DNA of 64,000 bases from Mizuhopecten yessoensis. Its lineage: Eukaryota. This document shows positions 37,885 to 48,768 of the stretch, piece by piece. The notes beneath the pieces were generated by a model that did not search any database, was not told the origin of the DNA, and worked only from the letters and a program-made list of their open reading frames with translations. Position 1 is the stretch's first letter; each line of letters begins with the position of its first letter. The stretch is taken from contig NW_018408761.1 of NCBI RefSeq assembly GCF_002113885.1, forward strand, positions 997,580-1,061,579, given 5' to 3'. The translations under genes and the position numbers were made by a program.

Positions 37885-38569
37885 GTAGGTACTCGTGCAA
37901 ACATAATCTCTTATTTTGCAATTATTCAAATGCTATTGGTACAAATTCTCAAGAAACACAAAAAAAAAAATCATAACATTAAATTACTTTTGAATAATTG
38001 AAATAATACAGAGTTGGCTGTTGGCTGTCATTGACCGTGACAAAAGGTGGATTGTTGTTCTGATGGTACTTACCAAACATACAAAACTTGTTTGCAAAGC
38101 TGTCCTTTCTGGTTTGGTCCTCTATACATCAACTAGCCAAAGATATTGCAATGATTCCCATGAAGGTTTTGTTGTAATGATTGAATCATTGCAATTAACT
38201 TAGTCATGATGAATGGATACAACCAATATTTCAGATCTAGTATTATCAAAGTTTTGTTAGTGTATAACCTGTTTCTCCATGATCAAAGAATTTTAACGTG
38301 TTTGGTGCCAACTCATGCTGGATATCTTATAGACTCTATACTGCAGATAACTCTGACCAAGATCACTGTTTCCAAGTGCTTCCATTGTGCTAAACCCTTG
38401 GTTAACGGTTACTATCCCATTGTTCTATAGATTAACCTGAAGAGAAATTCCATCTAGCCGAATCAGTAACAAAGTTTCTAAATAATTCACCACTTTGACA
38501 TAGCCCTCCATGGAAGGACCTGACCCCTAAGACTTCAGTGACAACCATAATTATGCCTTTAAGAGTAAG

Positions 38570-39370
38570 GCTAAAGAGATGATAAAACATAGTATTGTGA
38601 TCACATTGTAAGCACCAGTGTATACGTAACTGAGATCCTTATTTCTCTTACCCTGGACAGGTGTATACACACTTTTCCTGTTGTGAGTTTATAATAGAAT
38701 CTTTCACCCCAAAGGGTGAGATGAGGGAATCTCAACCCGAGGGGGAAGATTCTTAAGTTGACAGCAAAGCCTCAGGTTCGGCAACTTAGGAGAATCTCAA
38801 CCATTCTTTCCCTGAGGGTTGAGATTCTCCTATCTCACCCCCAGGGGGATGAGAGATTATTTTTCTCTTACCCTGTTCTTGCATTGTGTATAATATACAT
38901 ATTGTAATGTTACAGGCTAAATTCAGGGTTGACGTGACGTTGATGGATTGTTTATGTGACGTCATACCATTGTTATGAATAGGGGAATCCCCCCGTTTCA
39001 ACCCTAGGGTGTGACATTGATATATCACACCGGTAAAAGTGTGGATACACCTGTCCAGGGTAAGAGAAATCCTTGTCTTTCCTAGGGTTGAGACGGGGGG
39101 ATTCCCCTATTCATAACAACTGTATGACGTTACGTCAACATTACATCAGCATCATGTCAACAACGTATTATATGATACACAATGAGTGAACAGGGTATTA
39201 AGAGAAAAATAATTATTGACCCGCTTGTGGTTGAGATTGGGGAAATATTCTTAAGTTGCCTTACACTCGGCAAAACCTCATGTTTGTCAACTTAAGAATC
39301 GTCCCCATCATGTTGAGATTCCGCTATCTCACCCGCAAGGGGTGAGAGATTCTATTATTCCAAGTTCACC
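38570..39370. mobile_element. Large foldback-type element. Palindrome arms are ~400 bp, centered near 39030, with nested smaller hairpins.
   Basis: cctggacaggtgtatacacactttt (38652) pairs with aaaagtgtggatacacctgtccagg (39040). gggaatccccccgtttcaaccctaggg pairs with cctagggttgagacggggggattccc. Internal palindromes at 38720-38870 and 39230-39360. Confidence 0.6.
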
Positions 39371-39537
39371 CGCTAGGTCTCTAATCCAGATTTACAAAAT
39401 TCAAATCCATTCTAAACTTTCTCCTAATTATCAGAGTCAACAAGTGATTAGATGCTTCTCTACTTTGACAATCAGAAAGCCAGTACTAGCTGAATAAGTT
39501 CTCAGAATTGATTTCAGTATGAACTGTGCTTCTTCAG

Positions 39538-39639
39538 GTGCTGAAACAGGAGAGAAAGAACACCATTATACAGCTGAGCACGGAGTACTCCATTGTGACC
39601 CCCTACACCAGCTTTGTGGCCATTGAGGAAAGAGATCAG
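39538..39639 (+). CDS. PARP4: PARP4 exon 26 (VLKQERKNTIIQLSTEYSIVTPYTSFVAIEERDQ).
   Basis: Aligns to human TLKSLIIKLSKENSLITQFTSFVAVEKRDE. Confidence 0.9.
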
Positions 39640-40474
39640 GTATTTACAGTGTTAATAACTTGTATCTCTTGTACAGATCTGGGAAATATTAAGGGATTCC
39701 TTTACAACCTTTGGTTGGTTGGTTCACATGTTTATCAGTCAGTGTGGGGGAGGGGGGTTAAGTGGCCTTTACAAACCCTCCTAGTCATGTGTGTCTATGC
39801 ATGATCCCCACGGCACTCCTATCCCTAAGCAATCCTGTGAATGCTTCTTATATATATATTTATATACCAGATGCAAATTAAAGTCAACCTGTCTTTGTCA
39901 GCACCTCTGTTAATAAGCAGACACTTCTCTAATCCTGCCACTGTTAAGGAATATAGTACTGTATAACATGAAATGTTCGATGTGTATAAACATTCGAGGT
40001 TTTCGTGGTTTCTATTGAATCACGAAAATAAATTCAAACAAATTTGAATGATATAAGTGTCTACTGTTTGTTATTATAGGATATCCACAAAAGTTTGTAC
40101 CATGAAACGATCTAAATGGCTTCAATCCACTAAGGAAAATAGCCACGAACATTTTGTGTTATACAGTATTATAGTTATAGTCAAACAATTAATTAGAACT
40201 TGTATAATAGCCACTTGTATTCAGCAGCCACTTTTGACGATCCCTAAATCAGGTTTTACCATACAATACCTTGTCGATCTTGAATAACTAGGCCCACTGA
40301 GGACGACTCATCTTACATATGAAACAACATCTGTTGATATCTGAAATAACACACAAAATTGTCCAACTGTAATGACTTTTTTATGCTGCTTGACATTGTT
40401 TTATCATATTATTGAACTTTTTATCAAACAGCACATGAAAACATAAAATTGTTTGTGTTTCTTACCATTGTCAG

Positions 40475-40582
40475 GATGAGCAGATAACAGATGGACCATC
40501 TATTGATGACCTGGTTGCTGAGGAATCTGTAGACATTTTGGATTATGTAGGCTGGCAGAACCCTGATTTCTTTGATGAAAAG
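40475..40582 (+). CDS. PARP4: PARP4 exon 27 (DEQITDGPSIDDLVAEESVDILDYVGWQNPDFFDEK), the last exon with clear colinearity to human before the low-complexity part.
   Basis: Aligns to human ESPFPDIPKVSELIAKEDVDFLPYMSWQGEPQE. Confidence 0.75.
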
Positions 40583-41235
40583 GTAAGTTCACCATAACTC
40601 TCTCTTTTTGTTAGATTCCTGATGATACCTGATTTAGTTTGTTTTAAATTTTCAAAATTCTTCATTAATAGGTTTGAATATTTTGATATGGTGAAATGTC
40701 AGGATATGTTAGTTAAAAGAAATTCTGTAGAATTTTCACTTCAAAATTGTAGAAATAATTGGGTCCCAGTGGAGGATTTAAAGTAAATCTTGTAAATTCT
40801 ATTCCTTTAGTACCAATGTAAGGATATTCTTTTTATTAATGGAGGGTGTGGACCCACTTAGGGCTGAGAGACAGGGCTCAGTTAGGGAAGTAATGTCAAA
40901 TAAAAACTTGAAAATCCTATTCCTTTGATACTGGTTAAGTTCTTTTTACCAAAGTTATTCTGTGCTCCTTAAGGGGACTCAATAATGTATTAATGGAGGG
41001 TGTCGACCCTCTGAGGGTGGAGTGGCAGGGCTCAATTCGAAAAATAAAATGTTATTCTTCCTTTTTCAGTACTGGTTAAGGGATTTTAACCAAATTTGGT
41101 CTTGGGGCTTAGGGGAGGGAATTGATTGTTGCATAAACATTTAAGTGTGTAGCACAACAAAATTATGAATAAAAGTGAAGTACAATAAGATCAACATAGC
41201 ATTTAATTTTGTTTGCTTGTTTGATTCTGATCTAG

Positions 41236-41382
41236 GAGCCAGAAGAAATTGTAGAGGAACTGTTAAGAAAAGCTTTGATTGCAGAGAGCTTCTCACAACA
41301 GGAGGCAAATAGAACCTATGCCTCTATCTTAGATTACAAATCCTGTCTTCAAAACGATGCCAACAACGAACTCAAAGAAAAG
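41236..41382 (+). CDS. PARP4: Probable PARP4 exon 28 (EPEEIVEELLRKALIAESFSQQEANRTYASILDYKSCLQNDANNELKEK).
   Basis: The frame opens exactly at the acceptor tctgatctag, with an in-frame TAG immediately upstream. 49 codons in phase 0, donor GTAACT. No human similarity. Confidence 0.5.
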
Positions 41383-41440
41383 GTAACTGCACTGAATTTG
41401 ATGAAAAACAAGTCAGCCATACTTTATAATTTGTCATTGC

Positions 41441-41840
41441 TTTTTATGCACCTACCATAAAATGGGGGGGGGGGGGGGCATATATAGTGTTGCCCATGTC
41501 TGTCCTGTCCCGTTCCGGTTCAATGTAAACACCCGTCCCGTCCCATCCCATCCCGTCACTCTTGTTGGCCCTTGCCACAACTCATACTGATCACTCTTGT
41601 TGGCCCTTGCCACAACTCATACTGATCACTCTAGATCTTGTTGGCCCTTGTTACAACTCATACTGATCATTCTTGTTGGCCCTTGTTACAACTCATACTG
41701 ATCACTCTTGTTGGCCCGGATGTTAGCGTGCAGGGAGTCTTACTGTTGGAGGAAACTAGTGTTCCCGGAGAAAACCCACATGATCGGGTTGGTGACCCAT
41801 ACCTTTTCACGTCTGATTGGGGAATCGAACCCTGGCCGCC
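41441..41840 (+). mobile_element. Repeat family G. Starts ttttatgcacctaccataaaatgg, then (G)18, then catatatagtgttgcccatgtctgtcc, a 35-bp x4.5 internal tandem repeat, and a tRNA T-arm-like motif at the end.
   Basis: The head is shared with the element at 57419. G18 homopolymer at 41461-41478. Confidence 0.45.
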
Positions 41841-41999
41841 TTAGTGAAATTGAACATTGATTAACGTGTAAGTTCATAGACTAAATTGAATAATGTGTCA
41901 AGACAGTCCTTGTAAAGCTTATATACATATATACTTAAATCAAGTGTTGAACAAGCTGGGAAGTATATATTTTTACCTTGTATGTTTTTGTTTTCAAAG

Positions 42000-42087
42000 G
42001 TTATGGAAGCAGCTGAAAGATTTTTCTCCTGTTCTAAAGATGACATTAGCCAAAATATGTTGGCAGAGTTTCGGAAAAGTTTTCCTT
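42000..42087 (+). CDS. Exon encoding VMEAAERFFSCSKDDISQNMLAEFRKSFP, which joins in frame to the ubiquitin-like exon. Either an alternative PARP4 exon or the first coding exon of a nested UBL gene (ATG at 42003).
   Basis: Acceptor ttttcaaag, donor GTAAGT. Phase 0 in, phase 1 out, exactly matching the UBL frame of the next exon. Confidence 0.45.
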
Positions 42088-42549
42088 GTAAGTATTAAAA
42101 TATGTTACTTAATATGTAAATGAGTGATAAGCTAGACAGACTATCCTGTATGTGCAGATTTGGCAGAGAAGTTAACACTCATGTCTCCCACAAACGCTGG
42201 AATGCAATCCCTTGAGCTATTTTAGCATGGATTTTCATTCCTCAGAGCTTTTGCAGCATAGATTTTTCAGAGAACATGTTTTTCTCCAATAATCCAGACG
42301 GAGAATTAAATTGTCTGCAGTGGGTGCTATAGTGACTGGGATGTAACAATCAAGTGAGATGTCACTGTGGTGAAAGATTTAATTAATACACCAGCCCACT
42401 GCACGACACAAACAAATGGAGATTTAGACGGAGCCTTTCCTTCTAATGTCTGTAGTTACTGTGTACCAGATGTTGATAATACTCTTTTCATATCAAAATA
42501 TATTTTGAAAAAAGAATTGATGAAAGTTTTACATTTATTCCCATTGCAG

Positions 42550-42726
42550 TCCCAATCGAGATACACACCCTGACTGGTAGGACTATCCCCGTGAGTGTGT
42601 CCGAGGGCGACACCGTGTCTGACTTGAAGAATAAGATCCATCAGATAGATGGACTTGACCCAGAGCAGCAGAGATTGATTGTTGGTGGGAAACCGCTGAA
42701 GGATCTCGCTGTTCTCTCCGATCTTG
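42550..42726 (+). CDS. Ubiquitin-like domain exon, first part (FPIEIHTLTGRTIPVSVSEGDTVSDLKNKIHQIDGLDPEQQRLIVGGKPLKDLAVLSDL).
   Basis: About 40% identical to ubiquitin residues 1-58 (TLTGKTI, DQQRLIFAGKQL, TLSDY). Acceptor ccattgcag, donor G|GTAATT. Confidence 0.7.
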
Positions 42727-42744
42727 GTAATTATACCCCACATA

Positions 42745-43166
42745 ACGTTGTATAAACGGTGGGTCTGATCCCCATTTGGGACAGAGAGGCGGGGCTTTAA
42801 TATCCTTCTTCTTCCGTTGGGATGAAGGTATTTTGACCAAACTTGAACAGTAGCATCCTATGGGGAAGGGAAATCCATATTAGGTCTAATGCATCCTTGG
42901 GTGAAGGGGACCTAATTTTGTATCAATTGTGGGTCTAACCCTCCTATGGGCAAAGGGGCGGGGCCCAATAGAGGAAACATAGCAAATTCTTCAAATCCTC
43001 CTTTTCCTGTAGGAATGACAAGATTTTGTCCAATTGCATATAAATATAATCCCTGACTAATCATGTAATACATGTACATTTCCAGCATCATCTGGCTATT
43101 TCAACTTCAATTTTGCTAACATTTCCAGGTGAGCTATACAGGTCCTCTGGGCCTCTTGTTTTTTTT
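42745..43166 (+). mobile_element. 5'-truncated type-C HINE-like element, beginning 18 bp after the donor of the UBL exon.
   Basis: C monomers followed by tail CCAGGTGAGCTATACAGGTCCTCTGGGCCTCTTGTTTT. Confidence 0.6.
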
Positions 43167-43382
43167 ATTTTATGAAACTCAACAAATGTAATCTTACACC
43201 ACACTCTGAAGTGTTGCTTTTCTTTTTTTCATCAAATAGTGGGCTGTTCAAATCACTATTCATCTGTGGTCTGTCTTCCATTCATCATTCAGTCCATCCA
43301 TCCATCCATTTGTCCTTAAACAATTCTTGATAGTGCTATTTCTCAGAGAGATCTTTCTCAAGTTTCACCTGAAGGTTCCCTT

Positions 43383-43935
43383 TGTTCCCTAGTTATGCTT
43401 ATCAAATTAAGGGTCCTGACAAAGTGTTGTTATTTTTCGGGTCGATCAAAATTCCAATATGGCCGACATGGCCACCATTTTGAAAAAAAACAATTTCAAA
43501 CTTAAGGTCAAGTTCTGCTGGGCCGATTAAACTTAAACTTTTTAGGAATGATCGACTTATTGTCCTGACAAAGTGTTGTTATATTTCGGGTCAATCAGAA
43601 ATCCAATATGGCCACCACGGCCCCCATTTTGAAAAACTATTTCAAACTTAAAGTCAAGTTCTAATGGGCCGATTAAACTGAAACTTTGTAGGAATGATCG
43701 ACTCATGGTCCTGACAAAGTGTTGTTATTTTTCGGGTCGATCAGAAATACAATTTGGCTGCCATGGCCGCTATTTTGAAAATAACTATTTCAAACTTAAA
43801 ATCAAGTTCTAATAGGCCCATTTAACTGAAACTCTTTCTAAGAATGATCAGCTCATGGTCCTGACAAACTTAAGTTAACGTTATACTTAACTATTTTTTA
43901 CTCAAATTGGTACATATTTCAACAACAACAAAAAA
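43383..43935 (+). mobile_element. Type-B element (three ~170-bp monomers), truncated at both ends.
   Basis: The monomer tcctgacaaagtgttgtt...atggccgccacggccgccattttgaaaaa...cgactcatgg is the same as at 6446 and 56232. Confidence 0.55.
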
Positions 43936-44742
43936 TCTTGGATTTCAACAGTTCAGTTTGTTGTCACTTTTTCCCATAAAGTCCTTAAACAATAAGCATT
44001 GTACTAGTAAATAGGTAAAACAACCAGCTCGCTTTGAAAGAACAGTGTCATACACAGCAGAATGAAGGCTTTGCTCAAAAGTTACCACAATTAAGGTGCG
44101 TTACTGTTAACGTGACTCAATCTTACAGATAAGAGAGAAAAGAAGAATCTTACATAGAATCTATGAAGATAATAAGAATAATATCTTTTATTTAACCAGG
44201 GTTACATATTTAGACAATGTCTAGTTTACAATATGGCGCTGAAGCAAACTATATATACAAGCATGACAACAATTTAAGATAACAGTATAACACTGCAGTA
44301 TATGGTATCATCACAGTCAATGTAACTTGAAGTTAAGTAATCCTAAATTAGAATTTAATAGTGAACACTTGCATATCACACGAGTGTTACTGAATGATAT
44401 GGTTAAAGCATAGTCAAATATACATAATATGTTAATATGGCAAAGCGTAAAAAATGACAAGATATACACCAATTAGTCCAATATAGTGTGTATTAAAATG
44501 AGACAAAGAAGTCGGTGGTGTGAAAAATAATAATTTATGATAGAAATATGATGGTACGATAGTCGGTGTCAAGGTCCCCCGGGGATCTCTTGTTTTAAAA
44601 GACAGAAAGATGTGAAAATGAAAATAAAGCATTAATGGGGAAAATAAAACACGAACTGCTAAAGAGGTTAATGTCGTTTTCTTTAAGGCAGTGGCCAATC
44701 ATATCGTCCACAGTCATATCTAAAAGCAGATCTATGCTTTTT

Positions 44743-46463
44743 AGCTCACCGGCCTGAAGGGCAAGTGAGCTTATGCTATGGCGCGGCGTCAGGCATCCGT
44801 CATCTTTTCCTAAAAAACGCTACTTGTCATAAACGACTGAGCAGATTTTGACCAAATTTGGTCAGAAGCATCCTTATGGGAAGGGGAACAAATTTTGTAT
44901 AAATGGTGGGTCTGGCCCCCTAGGGGCTGAGGGGTGGGGCCCAATAGGGAAAATATAGCAAATTCTTTAAAATCCTTCTTCTTTTGTAGGAATAAAAGGA
45001 TTGGTTCCATATTTGGTCTGAAGCATCCTTGGGGGAAGAGGAACCAATTTTGTATAAATGGGGGGTCTGGCCCCTGAGGGGCCTGAGCGACAGGCCAAAT
45101 AGGGGAAACATAGCAAATTCTTTAAAATCCTTCTTCTGTAGGAATGAAAGGATTTGTTCCATATTTAGTCTTAAGCATCCTTGGGTTAAGGGGAACCAAT
45201 TTTGTATAAACTGTGGGTCTGGCCCCTTTGGGGCCTGAGCGACGGGGCCCAATAGGGGAAACATAGCAAATTCTTTAAAATCTTTCTTCTGCAGGAATGA
45301 AAGGATTTGTTCCATATTTGGTCTGAAGCATCCTTGGGTGAAGTGGAACCGATTTTGTATAAGCAAGGGGTCTAGCCCCCATGGATCTGAGGGGCGGGGC
45401 CAAAAGGGGTCAATTGCGCTATATTGATTTAAGCGACTTCTTCTCTGGAACTAAGAGATGGATATCAACCATATTTGACTGGAAGCATCCCTCTGTAGTG
45501 GAGATTCACAATTGTACAAATGGTTGGGCTGACATCCCAGGGGGCTGAGGTGCGGGTCCAAAAGGGCGCAATTTGGCTATATTGGTGTACGACTTCTTCT
45601 GTAGCATTATACCATGGATATCGATCATATTTGGTCAGAAGCTTTCATGGGAAGTAGGGATTCAAAATTGTACAAATGGTGGGGCTGACCCCCCGTGCTA
45701 AGGGGTGGGGCCAAAAAAAGTTTATTACTTGGAAATGGTTGAGATCCCAACCATATAACCATATATATAATTGTGGAGTATGAAGAGAAGCATTCACATT
45801 TGCTTCAAGGATGGCCTAGGGTCTGGCCCCACCCTTTGAGACATAGTCCCTGGGTCATATCTTTGAAACGATTGAGATCCGCACCCCAGAACTATATATA
45901 CAAATGCTTGGCATAAAGAGACAAAAGTAGTCATGGTATTAAAATAGACCCTGGGGTCTGACCGAACCCCTAGGGACCTAGTTTCTTAGTCACAGCTTCG
46001 AAACAGTTGAGATCCCCACCCTATAACTATGCATATATACAATTGCTGAGTATAAAGAGATGAATGCACATATGCTTCCAGGATGGCCTTGGGGTCTGCC
46101 CAAACTTTGCAGACTTAACCCCTGGGTAAATATAACTTTGAAACAGTTGAGATCCCCACCCCAAGACTATAAATACAAATGCTAGACAAAAAGAGACGAA
46201 TATAGTCATGATATTATAATTGATCCTGGCGTCTGGCCACAACCCGAGGGATCTAGTTTCTGAGTCACAGCTTGGAAACAGTTGAGATCCCCACCCCATT
46301 ACCATACATTAAATTGCTGGGCATGAAAAATCTAATACAGACATACTACAAGAATTGACATTGGGGTCTGGCATATACCCTTGGATCTCATTTGGAGAAT
46401 ATTTTGCTTTTTGATTGCTTAGATATTCAGGTGAGGAATTCAGGCCCTCTGTGCCTCTTGTTT
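44743..46463 (+). mobile_element. Composite HINE-like element, copy 1. It runs head hairpin, type-C monomers, a ~180-bp transition monomer, ~150-bp type-D monomers (gaaacagttgagatccccaccc...) and tail. It lies in the intron just upstream of the terminal UBL exon.
   Basis: Head tttttAGCTCACCGGCCTGAAGGGCAAGTGAGCTTATGC, tail CAGGTGAGGAATTCAGGCCCTCTGTGCCTCTTGTTT. The same architecture is repeated twice downstream. Confidence 0.7.
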
Positions 46464-46593
46464 ACCATAAGAATACATCATATTTGATTGAGAGGATGTG
46501 CTTTTAGAGGTGGCAGCTGTTTTGATACAACGTTATGTGAGGGCATGAGTTAGCCTCTATATAACAATTGTATTTTTTTTCTATATTCTTCAG

Positions 46594-46700
46594 ATCTGGA
46601 GTATAATGCTGTCTTCCTGTTACCAAGGCTGCGAGGGGGACTTAGTTTTGGTCTCAAGGAAGATTTGAAAACAAAGCGTATTCTCGCGGAAAACGTATGA
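46594..46700 (+). CDS. Ubiquitin-like domain terminal exon (DLEYNAVFLLPRLRGG + LSFGLKEDLKTKRILAENV, stop TGA at 46698-46700).
   Basis: Completes the UBL with the RLRGG C-terminal motif. The phase-1 junction with 42726 restores the frame. Acceptor ctatattcttcag. Confidence 0.65.
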
Positions 46701-46780
46701 TATGACAATAAGACATAAAATGTGGATTCCACTCTCAAAAATCTAAGGGTGGGGTAGAAAGTGGTTTATTGGACATTTTT

Positions 46781-48636
46781 AGCTCACCTGCCCGAACGGC
46801 AAGTGAGCTTATGCCATGGCGCGGCGTCCAGCATCCTTCAACTTTTCCTAAAAATCGCTACTAGTCATAAACGACTGAGCAGATTTTGACCAAATTTGGT
46901 CAGAAGCATCCTTATGGGAAGGGGAACAAATTTTGTATAAATGGTGGGTCTGGCCCCCCTGGTGGCTGAGGGGTGTGGCCCAATAGGGAACACATAGTAA
47001 ATTCTTTAAAATCCTTCTCCTTCTGTAGGATTGAAAGGATTTGTTCCATATTTGGTCTGATGCATCCTTAGAGAAAGAGGAACCAATTTTGTATAAACCG
47101 TGGGTCTGGACCCCGAGGGGCCTGAGGGGTGGGGCCCAATAGGGAACACATAGTAAATTCTTTAAAAACCTTCCTCTTCTGTAGGAATGAAAGGATTTGT
47201 TCCATATTTGGTCTGAAGCATCCTTAGGGAAAGAGGAACCAATTTTGTATAAACCGCGGGTCTGGCCCCCGAGGGGCCTGAGGGGTGGGGCCCTATAGGG
47301 ATCACATAGTAAATTCTTTAAAATCCTTCCTCTTCTGTAGGAATAAAAGGATTTGTTCCATATTTAGTCTGAAGCATCCTTGGGTAAAGGGGAACCAATT
47401 TTTTATAAACCATGGGTCTGGCCCCACAGGGGCCTGAGCGACGGGGCCCAGTATGGGAAACTGAACAATTTCTTTAAAATCCTTCTTCTCTGTAGGAATG
47501 AAAGGATTTGTTCCATATTTGGTCGGAAGCATCCTTCGGTGAAGGGGAACCAATTTTGTATAAACAAGAGGTCTGGCCCCCAGGAACTTGAGGGGCGGGG
47601 CCAAAAGGGGGCAGTTGCGCTATATTAATTTAAGCGACTTCTTCTCTGGAACTAAGGGATAGATATCAACCATATTTGACTGAAAGCATCCCTCGGAAGA
47701 GGAGATTCAAAATTGTACAAATGGTTGGGCTGACCCCCCGTGCTAAGGGGTGAGGGTTGCTATTAACGACTTATTCTGTAGAATTATGCTAAGGATATCA
47801 ATCATATTTGGTCAGAAGTATTCATGGGAGGTAGGGATTCAAAATTGTACAAATGTTTGGGCTGACCCCCCTGTGCTAAGGGGTTGGGCCAAAAAAGGTT
47901 TATTACTTGGAAATGGTTGAGATCCCCGCGGTATAACCATATATACAATTGTGGAGTATAAAGGGAAGCATGCACATTTGCTCCCAGGATGGCCTAGGGT
48001 CTGGCCCCACCCTTTGAGACATAGTCCCTGGGTCATAACTTTGAAATGATTGAGATTTCCACCCCAGAACTATATATACAAATGCTTGGCATATAGAGAC
48101 AAAAGTAGTCATGGTATTAGAATAGACCCTGGGGTCTGACCGAACCCCTAGGGACCTAGTTTCTTAGGCAAAGCTTCGAAACAGTTGAGATCCCCACCCT
48201 ATAACCATGCATATATACAATTGCTGAGTATGAAGAGATGATTGCACATATGCTTCCAGGATGGCCTTGGGGTCTGCCCCACCCTTGCAGACTTAACCCC
48301 TGTGTCATAACTTTGAAACAGTTGAGATCCCCACTTTAAAACTATATACAAATGCTGGGCTTAAAGAGAAGAAACCAGTCATGATATTAAGAATTGATCC
48401 AGGGGTCTGGCCACAACCCTAGGGATCTAGTTTCTGAGTCACAGCTTGGAAACAGTTGAGATCCCCACCCCATAACCATACATTAAATTGCTGGGCATGG
48501 AAAATCTAATACAGACATACTACAAGAATTGGCATTTGGATCTGGCATATTCCCTTGGATCTCATTTGGAGAATATTTTGCCATGATTGCTTAGATATCC
48601 AGGTGAGCGATTCAGGCCCTCTGGGCCTCTTGTTTT
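46781..48636 (+). mobile_element. Composite HINE-like element, copy 2, beginning 81 bp after the stop codon of the UBL exon.
   Basis: Head tttttAGCTCACCTGCCCGAACGGCAAGTGAGC, tail CCAGGTGAGCGATTCAGGCCCTCTGGGCCTCTTGTTTT. Confidence 0.7.
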
Positions 48637-48768
48637 TTAAATCTACTCTTCATGAATGATAGGTTTCTTCAGTACCTTTAAATTGTGAATGCAATTACCC
48701 TGATGTCTCCCATTCACCACTGGGAAGGGGGAAATTCTGCTACATTTCCTATGGTTATAACAGCTTTT

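Noticed and set aside
41893-42123. 76-aa ORF in an alternative frame across the 42000-42087 exon
   Set aside because: It is open by chance. The frame dictated by the phase of the preceding exon is the other open frame, and that one joins the UBL correctly.
44920-45366. 148-aa and 100-aa minus-strand ORFs (44920-45366, 47302-47604), and others inside the composite elements
   Set aside because: Repeat-monomer artifacts. The same peptide motifs recur with monomer periodicity.
46550-46738. 62-aa minus-strand ORF
   Set aside because: It is the antisense of the UBL terminal exon.
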